NCBI RefSeq assembly: GCF_006345805.1
Contig: NC_043003.1
Span: forward strand, 56,668,001-56,732,000
DNA length: 64,000 nt
Origin: Octopus sinensis
Lineage: Eukaryota
Direction: 5' to 3'
Shown here one piece after another: positions 1-14,038 of the stretch. The number at the start of each line of letters is the position of its first letter. Positions within the stretch are counted from its first letter, which is position 1. The notes under the pieces are model-generated. The model was not told the origin of the DNA. It ran no database searches and saw nothing but the letters and a program-made list of their open reading frames with translations. Position numbers and translations under genes: made by a program.

Positions 1-819
1 GAATACAAATAAAAGACAGAAGATGGAATATATGAGTATATATCATAAATCACAACAATTGTTTCGACATACTCCTCTTGTGTGTCTACATCTCGACTCT
101 TATATACATACATAATGCACACATATATACATAGGTGCATGTACATTCATACATACATACATACTTACATACATACATAATGTGCGAGCGAAATTTTTTT
201 TATTCTTATCCGTGACATCATATTTCTTACATCAGGATAGGTTACATTTGTTTCTGTGGAAGCAAATGAAATTATTTCTTGATTAATAAAACATGCAAGG
301 AAAATTTGAATCCTGCAGTAATTTAATATTGTGTTTCCGGGGAAAAAATTTCCTTCATATTGTCTCGAATATTCTCCACATGAAATCTAGTTAAAGTGTT
401 TTGTGCAGTTGTCACTTTTTATACAAATTGTCGTCGCTCGTTATCATATTTTCATATCTCATAAATATAGGTCACGGCAATTATATTTATGCTTGACTTG
501 AAAGTAAGACAACTTGGAGTTTCTCAGAGTTACAAGCCACAAATGTATAGGAAAAATGAAATGAAAAACAATCAGTGATGGCGTTTTTATACACCAAACT
601 GATAAAGTTTTTATGAACACCCAAATACAGTTTCTTAAAACTTGTAACGTCTTACAGCGTAAAGAAGAAACAAAAATCATTCGTTAACGTCATCGTTATG
701 AGTAATTGTAAGAAATTGTGGCAAATCTCGGAAATATATAAAAGCCTTCCTAAAATACTTCAGGAAACGTCGTGGAAGAAAAAAGAAAGCACATGAGCAA
801 TACATATAACAACAATACA

Positions 820-1038
820 TATTTCTTTACTACCCACAAGGGGCTAAACACAGAGAGGACAAACAAGGACAGACAAACGATAATTCGACCCCATTGTGTA
901 ACTGGTACTTATTTAATCGACGCCGAAAGGATGAAAGGCAAAGTCGACCCCGGCGGAATTTGAACTCAGAACGTAGCGGCAGACGAAATACCGCTCAGCA
1001 TTTCGCCCAGCGTGCTACCGATTCTGCCAGCTCGCCGC
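820..1038 (-). mobile_element. tRNA-derived SINE, family B (GGCGGCGAGCTGGCAGAA head), tail type 1
   Basis: Reverse complement reads GCGGCGAGCTGGCAGAATCGGTAGCACG...TTCTGAGTTCAAATTCCGCC (A-box and B-box like)...TGTCCTTGTTTGTCC...GTGGGTAGTAAAGAAATA; matches other copies at 49.4 and 52 kb. Confidence 0.85.
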
Positions 1039-2316
1039 ATAATAAAATGGAGAATAGTTATGACTCGGTAATTAATGCTAGAAGTCTTTGGCAGTTACTC
1101 CGAGATGGGATCTTGGAAGATGACACAACTTCGCTGCACTAGAGATGAAGGTTGAATGTTGCGGATCCAATGATTTTTATCCTTGCACTGTATTCATGTT
1201 TATTCACTCTCATACATACACATACACTCATACACAAACATATAGATATCATATATGTATGTACCCATCTACCAATTTCCCCGTCGATATAAATACAAAC
1301 ACACACACACACATAGTGAAATAGAAGGACAACATGACAGCAGAAAAACAGACAGTAAGATAGTCAGAGAGACAGCTAAAAAGGAGAGAGATAAAAAGTG
1401 TCGAGATGTAGACAAAATTATCAGTATCTGCGTATACATACTCATTCATGTATCATCTATACTTTTACTAACACATTCATGCGTATTCATACATATATAC
1501 ATACGTAGAAGATCGTATTCATATACACTTGCATGTATGTACAAATACAAACATGTATATATACACACATACATGAATACATAGATAAAATATTTATTTA
1601 TATATATATGTAGAGGGAAGGAGATAAAGAGGTAGAGCTAGGAAGAGACATAGGTAGAGAGAGGGTTGGTTAGTTGGATTTTTAATGGGTGGATGAAGAG
1701 AGTTTGATAAGGAAGTAAATAATAGATAGTTTGATGCTATAGATAAAAGGATGGTTGTTCGCATGAACGTGATATAAAACGTGGGATGGCTGTAAGGATA
1801 GGGGTGATGTGACGAATGGATGGACACCACACGGTGTAAGGCAGGTTAAATTCGGTGTTGTTTGACACGTGACACAAGGGATATTAACAGGCAAGCTTAG
1901 ATATCTAGGAAAATAGTATTAAAGCAGGAACCAAACGCAAGTTGTTTGTCACTTGGGATTGAAGCGTGCTGTTGGCTTTCTTGCCTACAGGACCATCTGT
2001 AGATCTGTTTAGAGTTCCGTGCTTCGTAGACATAACAGTGTGCAACATACGTGATCATGGCGATCATTCGATGTGTGGATTTAATGTAAGTGTGAATGTA
2101 TGGATATAATGTAAGTTTGCATGGAATGTATGTAAATATATAAGTATGTGTGCATGATAGGTACGTATGATTATGTCAAAGTATATTAAGTATATACACG
2201 ATATGTTTATGTGTATGTGTGTATGAGAATGCTTGTGAATATGTATGTCTGCGTGTGCATATATATATGTGTGTGTGTATGCGTGTGCATATATATATGT
2301 GTGTGTGTGTGTATGC

Positions 2317-2362
<46 letters not shown>

Positions 2363-2375
2363 GTGTGTGTGTGCG

Positions 2376-2524
2376 TAGGTGCAGGCTTGGGTGCGTTGTA
2401 AGAAGCTTGCTTCCCAACCATCTGATTCTGGGTTCAGTCCCACTGAGTGGCATCTTCAGAAGGTTCTAGCCTGGTAGATTGGTGAGTGGATTTGGTAGAC
2501 GGAAACTAAAAGAAGCCCGTCGTA

Positions 2525-2610
<86 letters not shown>

Positions 2611-2822
2611 TTGTATGTCTGTGTCTGTCCTTCCACCATCGCTTTACAACCGATGTTGGTGTATCTATATTCCCTTAACTTAGTGGTTCTGCATTAAAAA
2701 AAAACGCTAGATTAAGTATTAGGCTTACGAAGAATAAGTCATGGGTTCATTCGTTCGACAAAAGGCGGTGCTGCAGCTCGGCAGCCGCCAGATGACTGAA
2801 AGATGTAAAAGAATAAATGAAT
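2376..2822 (+). mobile_element. tRNA-derived SINE, family A, diverged, with internal (TA)n
   Basis: GGTTCAGTCCCACTG B-box region, GTGAGTGGATTTGGTAGACGGAAACTAAAAGAAGCCCGTCG, internal (TA)n, 3' GGCGGTGCTGCAGC...GACTGAAAG tail; matches intact copy at 18.9 kb. Confidence 0.8.
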
Positions 2823-3159
2823 TATAAAATATATGTAAGTGTGGATGTATACACATACAAAACACACACATACACACACGTAGATATGTATATATATATA
2901 TTTATGCATATATATATATAAATACATATATATACATATATATATATATATTTATATATGTATATACATATATACATATATACATATATTTATATATATT
3001 TATATATGTGTGTATATATAAGTATACATATGTGTGCGTGCGCGTGTATAAGTTTGGTTGGAAGGCGTGCATGTCTGTGTATTTGTTTATCTTGATATAT
3101 GTATGTGTAAATGTATATCACCTAACTGTCCGGATGTTTTGTGTTCTCACCCCATTTTG

Positions 3160-3219
<60 letters not shown>

Positions 3220-3750
3220 GTATTATGTTATTAGCATAACGCTGGGCAATTGAAAAAGTCTTTAACGTTTCGAGCCTACGCTCTTCCACAGATAATAATA
3301 CAGAAAGAAACAAGGAGAGAACATTGTGTCTCTGCCTATGTGTGCGTTCTTGTGCTACTGCGTGATAGAGGTGGACGTGGCCGTGAGTGTTTTTATAAAC
3401 GAAAACCTGTGCGCTCCGTGTGCGAAGCAGACAGTAAAAGAGGACCTGTATCCGAATATACGAGTTTATATTTGTGGACAGCAAGAAAAAAAAAAAAAAA
3501 AACTAACGCAAAATCACACACGCTGACGCAAACCAGGAGACACGCACTTATACGCACACATTCACACATTCACGGACACACATATTTATGATGTAAGATT
3601 CGGAGTGCATATTTTGATCGAAAATTCTCACTAATAATCTGCTTTGCGTATATATAGAGAACGCATATAGAAATTAACAATAAATCACTTTTCTCCCTCT
3701 CCGTTCCATCTATCTCGATTCTTCCTGTATTTATGAGTATATATATATGT

Positions 3751-3799
<49 letters not shown>

Positions 3800-4040
3800 A
3801 TATGTGCGCATGTGCCTCGGATCCTATGTACATGATCATATTAAAATATATTTATGTATATGTGTGTATTGACTGACAGATAGACACATTGAACAAATGT
3901 GTACGCACACATATGTATACATAAATACATTCACATATATGTATGTATGTATATATATATATTTATATATATATATACATGTATATATGTATATATGTTT
4001 ATAGCTACATATGAATATATATATATATATATGTATATAC

Positions 4041-4084
<44 letters not shown>

Positions 4085-5330
4085 GTACAAATTTATATGT
4101 CTATATATATATATAACGAGAATATGAAAACATAATTTATTTTGTATGTCTTCAATAGAGGTTAGTTCGCCATATGTATGCGATTCTGAGTACATGCGTA
4201 ATTGTCTAATTCAATAGAGGAGGACGTTAAGTACCTGTATGATAATGAGCCCGTCTGCCATTACGAGTTTTAATGGCTTTTCAGACGGTGCTAATATCTG
4301 GTTCTTTATTCGCTGTTCTGTATATCTATAAATCTCTCTACGATTGATTTTGCGTCTAATTGCCTGGATAACAGTATGTTTATCTATCTCTCTATCTATC
4401 TTCCACCCTACTTTCCTACGTATTTATCTATTTGTGTGTCTGTCTATCTGTCTGTATGCCTAGCTATTCATGTACGTATATATGTATATTTGTATTTATG
4501 TATGTATGTATCTAGTTATCTATCTACATATATGTATGTACGTGGATACGTTTGTATAATCACCTGTCTCTTTTTTCCCTCCATCCATCTATCTTCATCT
4601 CTCTCTGTCTCTCTTTCTCTCTTTCTTTCCTTATCTCTCTCTCTGTCTGTAATTCTAACTTTCTCGCACTTTATCTCTCTGTATCACTCCCGGTTGCTCT
4701 TTCCTAATAAATGCACACGAGAGCACCCCTACACGCACAATCACACACACACGCACACAAATACACACACATGCACACACGCACAAGCACACAAACACTC
4801 TCACACATACCCACACATAAACATACATACAGGTAGAGAAGCATGTACACAGCATGACCACTTTAAGAGACCAAATACAACTGTTTTGGACATCTAAAGG
4901 CAATCTAAACCAAAATTTTCCGTATTATTATAAATGGAGAGTGAAATGCAACCATCATACATGACACCACATTAAGCATTACTAAAGTTTTTTTTAATTC
5001 CTTAACTAAACGGCAAAGCATTGTTGATATGATTATCATTGTTGCCAAGATTTTGGTGACTCTATTCGGAAAATGTTTTTTGAAGTCCTACTGCAGCAGT
5101 TATGAAGCAGTTTTAACGGACATGTGAGCACGAATTAAGGACATGCGAAGTGCCATTAATAGCCAAGGAAACTAAAATACTCCCAACATATAGCACAAGG
5201 ATCTGATAAGGAGTGACGACCTCGCATCCTTTCCTCAAATTCCCCAGTCTCCCTTTCAGTCTCACTGTTTGAATCAATCAATCAATCTATCTATCCATCT
5301 ATCTATCAGTCTGTCTGCCTGTCTATGTAT

Positions 5331-5368
<38 letters not shown>

Positions 5369-5431
5369 ACACATATACACACACACATATATGCATACAT
5401 ATGAATTTTTTCAGAATGAGATATAAAAAAC

Positions 5432-5487
5432 CAAGGCTGTGAAGATTTTAGAACATTTATAAATGTTCTAAAATCTTCACAGCCTTG
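5432..5487. repeat. Perfect 56-bp palindrome without spacer, imperfect arms extending to about 5406-5510
   Basis: CAAGGCTGTGAAGATTTTAGAACATTTA|TAAATGTTCTAAAATCTTCACAGCCTTG. Confidence 0.95.
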
Positions 5488-5708
5488 AGATTTTATCTCA
5501 TTCTCAAAATCTTTTTATATATACACACATGATATATGACCTACGTTGGACTCATTCGTATAATTACCGAATCTGGAGCTTAACTATGGTCTATCCATAG
5601 CACTTACCCACCATTACCTGTCACCTTTGGGTCCTATTGACACCATTACCCTCATAACCTCTCTCTCTCTCTCTCTCTATCTATATATCATATATATCTA
5701 TATATATG

Positions 5709-5766
<58 letters not shown>

Positions 5767-5775
5767 TATATAGAT

Positions 5776-5845
<70 letters not shown>

Positions 5846-6194
5846 TAGATAGTCGTTAGCCACTACACACTTTTTTTTCTCTCCTTGTTTTCTGTATCCC
5901 TTTCTGTAAAAGAGCGTAGGCTCGAAACGTAAAATAGTTTTTCTATTCCTGAGCGTTATACTAATACATCTGTTTTTTTTGTACACCACCTATCTTCGTC
6001 TTTAATTGCTTTTTTTCGTAAAATTTCCCTATAATATATATATATATATATATATAATATATATATTATATATATATATATGCATACATATATATACCTA
6101 CACATATATCTATGAATATGTGTGTAAAGATATTATATATGTATGTAAGCATATAAGCATATGCATATATGTATGGTTTTGCCATTGTATTTTT

Positions 6195-6410
6195 GTGTGT
6201 CCTCCACCACCACCTGACATCCGGTGCTGGTTTGTTTACCACCCATAAGTTGACAGTTCAGCAAAAGTAACCGCTAGAATAAATGTCAGATTTCAAAAAT
6301 ATAGTGAGTAGTGTTATCGATCTGTTCAACTAATACTCCTCGAGGTGGTGCCCCAGCATAGCCGCAGTTTAATGACAAGGAGAAGTAAAATATAAAGAGT
6401 GATAAAAGAT
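6195..6410 (+). mobile_element. SINE family A, 3' half, diverged
   Basis: GGTGCTGGTTTGTTTAC...CAGCAAAAG...GGTGGTGCCCCAGCATAGCCGCAG similar to family A tail. Confidence 0.6.
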
Positions 6411-7428
6411 ATACTACATGATTTTGCTGCTGTATAACCGACGTTTCTGAGGTCACCATTCGTATATCCCCACACTAATTCCAAAACATATTTAGAATTT
6501 GAAAGATCTTTAAATCTGTCCTGTCACTTACTAACACAATTGAAGAATTTTATGGAAGAACTTTTCGATGCATGATATGTAACTGTTGAATTCAATGATC
6601 AAGACTGTTAACAGTCATTTCTCTTTCCATCTGCTGACATGTGCAGTCTATAGAAGTAATAATTAACGACTAAATATAACAGCGGTTCAGAATTTATTAT
6701 GCAACCAAATAGTTATCTAAAAATATAAACGCAAATATATGTGTGGCTGTAGAAGTATTGTTAATACATTAATTCATTTGTATTTGCCTCGTCACTAAAA
6801 CTTTCATACAAAGTTATACAATCTTCGGTGCGGGGAAAATTTTGTATTTGCTAGACCTAATTCAATTTACATGTCTGGCTAGGTTTCTTTAGATTATCAA
6901 ATTAATGAGGTTGTAGCACGTGTGTTCTTGTTCTAAATATGTGATCGTCTGCATATGTATGAGCGTACGTGTGTTTGTCCATGTGTAGGTGAGTGTGCGT
7001 ACCTATGCCCACCAGTGTGAGAATGTGAGCGTGTCTTGATGTACAAGTAGGAATAACTATAGGCAATACACGTAGTAGATTTTATTCCTTCGCTTCATAC
7101 TGATCATTTCTTCGCTCTTGTCACTTCTCCAAATATCTCGTTGTGTTCACCACGTTTCGTGTCCTGGTATATCTATCGTTATGGCGTGTGTAAATGCACT
7201 GAGATAAACGCTTTGCCTTTAGTTTTTATTGCCTTTTCATTCCGCTGTAACGTAAATTATATCGCGAGCCAATACATCCTCGGTAAATCTGTCTTCAAAT
7301 GTTTTCCTTTTTTTGTTTTTGCCTTAACAACAGTGTTGTTTATTTAAACAACATATATTAGTTAAACCTTCTATGCATAATACATATATCGCTCATTTAA
7401 TTAACAAGTGAAAAAAAGACAAGAGATA

Positions 7429-7440
7429 ACTGATGATGAC

Positions 7441-7489
<49 letters not shown>

Positions 7490-7722
7490 CTGATGATGAA
7501 GATGATGATGATGATGTGATGATGATGAAGATGATGATGATGATGATGGTGGTGGTAGTGGTGGTGGTGGTGGTGATTATGATGATGATGATGATGGTAG
7601 TGGTGGTGGTGATGATGATGATAATGATATGGTGGTGGTAGTGGTGGTGGTGGTGGTGATGATGATGGTGGTAGTGGTGGTGGTGGTGGTGATGATGATG
7701 GTGGTAGTGGTGGTGGTGGTGG

Positions 7723-7758
<36 letters not shown>

Positions 7759-7768
7759 CGACGACGAT

Positions 7769-7807
<39 letters not shown>

Positions 7808-7830
7808 GTGTTGTAGTTGTTGTTTTTGTT
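7429..7830. repeat. Compound (GAT)n/(GGT)n trinucleotide microsatellite
   Basis: Visible in sequence; explains the poly-D/H/S/I ORFs at 7393-8013. Confidence 0.95.
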
Positions 7831-8850
7831 GGTGGTAGTCTGGTAGTTCGAAAAAATGTTGGTAAGACGTTCTGCAATTTCTTGCAAATGATATAAACAA
7901 ATGATTTGTCTATAGTGAACAAATGATTGTGCTGTCCATTTCCTCACTTCCTCCATTAAATCGACGTAACCTGAACAGGTGTACGTTATACCACGCGACA
8001 GGTGTCGACGCAATCGCAGGGCAACGTGAGATGAAGATTTTTTTTACTCAAGAACACAAGGTACTACCCGGTTCAAGAATTGAAACTACAATCTGGCGAT
8101 CGGAACTACATCAACCTACTTCTAGTTTATGAACCTCACACAACAAACAATTATTTGCATCAAATCTACTCATAATATATACTTCAGACAACGTTGGTAA
8201 CATTGGTATTATATATACTTCAAAGTTGGTGTAATAAAGAATCACCAAAATATACATTAGAGAAAACACTATTTAAATTTAAGGAAAGAAGCGAAATTCT
8301 TCAGAGACATATTATTATTTCGGAAGTTTCATATTCATTGAATTCTGTCTGTCCGATTAATGTATTTCTTTTTGTGGTGTGTAATTTGTACAGCAGCAAG
8401 TTATACAATTATTATTTCGTTTCTCGTGTGTTTCCTTCACAAGATTTCTAAACAATTTCAGATTGAAGAAATATTAATATTGTTTTAAAGTTCCACACCG
8501 AACAGAAGGTGAGAATTAGAAGAGAAGTGCTGTCCCAAGGGAATATACGAAAACGTGGGTAACTGTGACAAAGATGGTGAGGGTGAATGGCCCTACACTG
8601 ATCATGCGCATGTAGATTGAAGAACAACAGTTGGGTAAGGGCTTGTGCCTTCGATGTTCGGGTGATTCTTGATTGGTCTTAGTTGTTTTTTTTTTATTTT
8701 TGTTTAGAGGAATAAATACTTTTATCACATTCGTTTGTCATTTCTATTTATTTCTCCTCATGGCTTAGGTAAACTCCCTTGCAATACAGGCGGCCTTGTG
8801 ATGTTCCCCTCATCTATGCTCCTGTGGTAAATAAATGAAATCATCATCAC

Positions 8851-8904
<54 letters not shown>

Positions 8905-9022
8905 ATTTGGTTTTGAAATATTCTTTTGATTTCTAATTAGCTGTGATATATTTACTGTGCGAATAAAACCTTATAAAACAATGTTACACAATGTATTGGA
9001 TATTTACCGTCCCCTCACCCCA

Positions 9023-9170
9023 TGGACAATGCACCTCCGGGCATTTACCTCTGAGGACAACGATTAATTATTTAAAAGAGGAGAGAAGTAATTAACCAAG
9101 GGGAGGGGTGTAACAGTCCCAGGGAGTAGTCGCCGTGGGGGGAAATTGTCGTAGTGGGGTAATTGTCCTG
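9023..9170. mobile_element. Possible decayed MITE with GGACAAT...ATTGTCC termini
   Basis: GGACAATGCACCTCC at left, GGGGGAAATTGTCG and GGGGTAATTGTCC at right. Confidence 0.3.
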
Positions 9171-10103
9171 ATATGATTTAGTCTGTGGATAAAAAATATA
9201 ACGTTTAAATTACGACAACTAAATTACGTATAAAAAGAGAGAAACAAAAAATAAGTAAATAAACAGATAGATAGGGATACTGGCTAAATACACAAATTTA
9301 TCAACATCAGTCAATGATTGTCTCACATTAGGCTTCACCCAGTGTAGTTTGGCACGTTTCGATTGTCTTTTTCAAGCTGATTATTAGATACACCAGGGGC
9401 CCCTAATTGTAGGGGCCCCAAATGACGCCTAATTGTAGTATTTTATATATAAATATGGATATTCAATTAAATTAACACAATTGTCAATGTCATCTAGTGG
9501 TTGTGTTTTGAGTGAGATGTCACGTCGGTCATTGTTTGTTACTGAAAGAACGCTGGTTCACACATGCATTCACATACTTTCCTTGTACATGCACATACAT
9601 TCACACATATACTCATGCAGAGTTGAAACGCTGTTTGATTTTTCTTTTCATCGTTGAATGTTCACCCTCCCACTTCCAGTGTACATAAACACACACAAAC
9701 ATTCATATAACTCTCTTTTAAATACACACATATATACTCACACAGAGTTGAAACGCTGTTCGATTTTTTCCATCTTTTCCTTCCTTATTCATCCTTATTC
9801 ATTAGTAATTAATAATTCTACCAAGTAGTGTTCAGCATGATAAAAGGACCATTTACGGTAAACTTAAACATTATATAAACATTATATATATATATATATA
9901 TATATAAGTAATTGAATGAATTATCTTATTAAGGATAATTCGAAAGCTAACCGATACCTGGGTAGCAAATTCACATCAGAAAGAACACGGTTGAAGCTAC
10001 GTCCCTAGGCCATAGACTACGTGTCTTCGTGCGGAAAATTGTATGTTTATTCTAAAATTATAAGTATATGAAAGGATGGAGTTGAACGACTAGTTAACAA
10101 ATA

Positions 10104-10200
10104 TCCTTTAATCTCGACATATGTTTCGAAGGCTGAATATTCCTAATTCCGAAGGAATAAGGAGTACATTATGCAGATTTCTCATCAGGAAAATCAAGGA
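10104..10200 (-). ncRNA. Type I hammerhead ribozyme motif, extended stem II
   Basis: Minus strand: UCCUUGAUUUUC CUGAUGA GAAAUCUG..(54 nt domain)..CAGCCUUC GAAAC AUAU GUC GAGAUUAAAGGA; helix I 10/12 pairs, helix II 6/8 with G10.1-C11.1, palindromic helix III ACAUAUGU, GUC triplet. Confidence 0.8.
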
Positions 10201-10560
10201 ACTTATGTAGACATCAAAATGCACAAAAGACTTTTAGCTGACCGCTCTCAAGGAGCCCATGGCGATAATGAGTGTCTCTTTATAATGAGTGACGTCAGAG
10301 TGGCTGAATGTAGAAGAATCTAGAAGTTTCTAAAGGTTCAAGAGTTCAAACGAAGTAGGAGGAGGGAGGCATAAGAATAGTAAGGTGAGAGAGTGCAGGT
10401 CAAAAGAATGGTGGGTTTAAATGATTTCTTTTGTGAATGAATGCCTGTGTGTGTGACTGTATATAACTGTCTTAATGTGTGTATGTGTGTGTCTGAATGC
10501 GTGATTGTGTTTGTGGATGGGTAGATGTCAGAAAACTGACAGCTGTGAGGTGAAAGATCT

Positions 10561-10702
10561 GTGTCTTTCCACCCCGGCATCCAAAACTCGGAGTTTTATC
10601 AGAGCTACCGAATAATTGTCACATATTACATTTACAGATAAATTCCTCTATGTACATAATATCGAGGTCTCTTTCATTCTTTTGTTTTCTTACCATTTTT
10701 AT

Positions 10703-10736
<34 letters not shown>

Positions 10737-10873
10737 ATAAAACGGTAAGATAACAAAAGAAAGAAAGAGACCTCAATATTATGTAAATAGAGGAAATTTA
10801 TCTATACAATATGTTACATTACTCGGTAGTCAAGATAAAACTCTGAGTTTCAGATGCCGAAGTGGAAATCCAC
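10561..10873. repeat. Inverted repeat (about 140-bp diverged arms) centred on a (TA)n tract
   Basis: Left ...GAGGTCTCTTTCATTCTTTTGTTTTCTTACCATTTTTATCAA-(TA)n-TTGATAAAACGGTAAGATAACAAAAGAAAGAAAGAGACCTC... right. Confidence 0.9.
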
Positions 10874-10877
10874 AACA

Positions 10878-10915
<38 letters not shown>

Positions 10916-11214
10916 CTTTATTAAAATATATATTTCTTTATATATATATATGTACATACAAATATATACATAGATATATATACAGAGAGAGAGAGAGAGA
11001 GAGAGGAAGGGAAATAGTAAAAGAGAACGGAGATGCTGACTGGTTCAGTCCAGTGCATGGCGCGTTTAATATGTATTACTATACCCAGATACCGAGCAAT
11101 GTTTTGAGAGTGGCTTTGGTAGATGGAAACTGAGAGAAATTTGTCGTGTGAGTGTGTGTGTCTGTACATACGCACGCGCATTCTTGTGAGTGCATTTGTT
11201 TGTGCCCGTGTCAG

Positions 11215-11410
11215 TGTTTGGTCACCGACACCGCGGGACAAAAGGTTGGCGTGTTTACGTTGCCGTATAAAGAAAAGACACCGAAAGACTAAGTACTAGG
11301 CTTAAAACAAAAGGCCTATATATCGAGTCATTTGGCTAAAATTCTTTATTACGATGCTCTAGCAGGGTTGCAGTCTAATGATTGAAACTACTGAAAGATA
11401 AAAGATAAAG
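11215..11410 (+). mobile_element. SINE family A, 3' half, diverged
   Basis: GTTGGCGTGTTTACG...AAGTACTAGGCTTA...GCAGTCTAATGATTGAAAC tail. Confidence 0.6.
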
Positions 11411-12106
11411 TTATACATAAAAACACACATACAAACACACACTTGCACTCTGAGTCACTGTATTACATCCGAATGTTATTAGCATTCGTCGAAGGACCAC
11501 AGATTCGCGTTAAGGAATATTTTCAAAACTGGAGGCACATGAATTGCTCCGATAGAATTTTAAGCAAATAGCAAATACCATAAGCTCTGTTCTATGTTCA
11601 TAAAAGGGGATAAATTTTGGTATTAAAATTCTTATTTTTTTCTTTCTTTATACAACTTGTTCCTTGGCCATACACCCAATTAATCTCAGTACAAATATTT
11701 ACAGTCTTACGCAGTTGTCTGCGTTAGAATATATGTGTATGTATGCATATGTATATATAAGTATATATATATAATATATATAATATATATATATATACTA
11801 TATAATATATATTTATATATATACTATATATATATATATATATAAATGTATGTATGAATATATATATATATATTTATATATATATATATATACACACACA
11901 TATATATATATGCATAGGTGTTTGTATATATATGTATATATATATATATGTATATTTATATATGTTATATATATACATATATATGTATGTATATATCTGT
12001 GTATATATATAATATATATATTATATATATATATATACTCACATATACACACACATATCAGTATGTAAATATATATTTATGAGGCATGTTTGAATATGTT
12101 TGTGCG

Positions 12107-12148
<42 letters not shown>

Positions 12149-12782
12149 CGCACGCGCGTGTGTTTGCACATATCGCCATGTTTACATGTGCAAATACAAT
12201 ATACGCGCCCAATCGCAAACACATACATACTCATCATATATATCAGAGCACGACTTTCTTTCTAGAAAACGCTCATTATCGTCTCCGGTTGCTATTATGT
12301 GGTAATCCTGTACCCTAGCTTTTATGTAGAGAGGTTGACTAGTAATTTCTATTAACTTCAGTCCCTTACAGTTTCTCCTAATGTTAGCATTCTTCACAAT
12401 TGTTTCGTTTTTTTTCTGTTTTTTTTTTTGTTCTAATTCCTTTTTACGCTGGCATTAAAAAACATTAAAAAAAATATATATATAATGATAATAACTAAGA
12501 AATAAAATAAAATAAATGGAACAAAATAAAAATGAGCACGAAGTAAAGAAAAAAATTCCCCCACCAATTACAAACAAACCGAAATACGTTGCCGAAACGA
12601 CAACCTTTAAATAAATCATAGCTAATAAAAGGCTTAAAGGAACAGAAAAGCACAGATGAATACGCGTTTTAAATACGAGATTTCGTTTAGGTCACTTGCA
12701 TTGAAGTCAGGCACGAATTTAAGATTTCAGGAACAAAACGATGTGAACTTAAGCGTCAGTGTCGTCTATTTTTTAACTACTT

Positions 12783-12783
12783 A

Positions 12784-12844
<61 letters not shown>

Positions 12845-12956
12845 TTCATGTTGTTATTATTGTTATTATTATCATTATTATTATTATTTTATTATTATTA
12901 TGAATATTATTATTATTACTATTACCATCTTCATTTTTTTATTATTGTTATTATTA

Positions 12957-13040
<84 letters not shown>
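12783..13040. repeat. (ATT)n/(AGT)n microsatellite
   Basis: Visible in sequence. Confidence 0.95.
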
Positions 13041-13385
13041 TAGTAGTATATTTTAGGTGTTAGTTATTGGTTGTTTATTTAAATTCAAGAGACACATGTT
13101 CTATCCGTAGCGAATCTAAGTCAGTTGTTTATCTATTTATTGACACGTTTAATTGAAATTGGTCTTGGTAGGAATATTATAAGTGGAGGGAAACGCGTAC
13201 ATACTAACACAACCGTGTTATACGCTTCATACGCACACACACATACGCACACACACACACACACGCGCGCACACGCACACACACACACACCACACATATT
13301 TATATATATTTATATCCAGTCAAGAAAATCTCCATACGAGATGAAAGCAAACATTCAAACTGACAAGCAATGTTTATCGCCACCT

Positions 13386-14038
13386 AAACACGGCTGTTAC
13401 TTAGGAACCGATGATACTGATATTTTTAATACCAGGAGGACACCTCTTCCAGCTGGATATATGTTGCAAACGTGGAGAGAACTCCCTACTATTTTATCCC
13501 CGAAACCATCAGGCCGTACGGTTTCGACCGTGATATGGTGATCCTCGCTGATGGATAATCGTCCGCAAGTCATAGCAGTACTTCATGCCAGCTCGCAATA
13601 TGTATATATAAATAAGTGATAAACAATCACTGATCCAGCTGGTCAACAAACGTTCTATAAGAGATGGAAGAAATATATTTAGGTATTTTTCTTTTAACTT
13701 AAACTTGTTTCAATCATTTTACTAAGTCCACTCTGGGGCACCGCCTAGAAGGATTTGTCGTCAAATGAATCAAGACCAGTACTTGCTCCTTTTTTAATGT
13801 GGAATTAATTTTATCTGTCTCTTTTGCTGAACAGCTCAGTTACGGGAGGAAAGATACACAAACACCATATAAAGGTCGAAACCGTACGGACTGATGGTCT
13901 CGGGGCTAAAATTGTAGGGAATTCTCTCCCTGCTTGCAACATATATCGAGTGCAGATCGCACTGTATAACCAGCTGGAAGAGGTGTCCTCCTGGTGTTAA
14001 AAATAGCAGTATCGTCATTTCCTAAGTAACAGCTGTTT
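13386..14038. repeat. Two inverted copies of a ~160-bp mini-element (about 13386-13545 and 13863-14038)
   Basis: GCTGTTACTTAGGAA...CCAGGAGGACACCTCTTCCAGCTGG...CCGTACGGTTTCGACC versus GGTCGAAACCGTACGG...CCAGCTGGAAGAGGTGTCCTCCTGG...TTCCTAAGTAACAGC. Confidence 0.85.

Noticed and set aside
40-100. Minus-strand GACA..UGUC-GAAAC-AAUU-GUU resembling a hammerhead 3' half
   Set aside because: CUGANGA box replaced by GAGAUGUA and helix I does not pair; at best a decayed relic
1600-2085. Minus-strand LINE-like 3' end or cysteine-containing ORF (1682-1894)
   Set aside because: No recognisable retroelement motif; cannot be assigned
9596-9770. Two ~50-bp direct repeats (CAGAGTTGAAACGCTGTT)
   Set aside because: Ordinary local duplication next to CA-rich sequence
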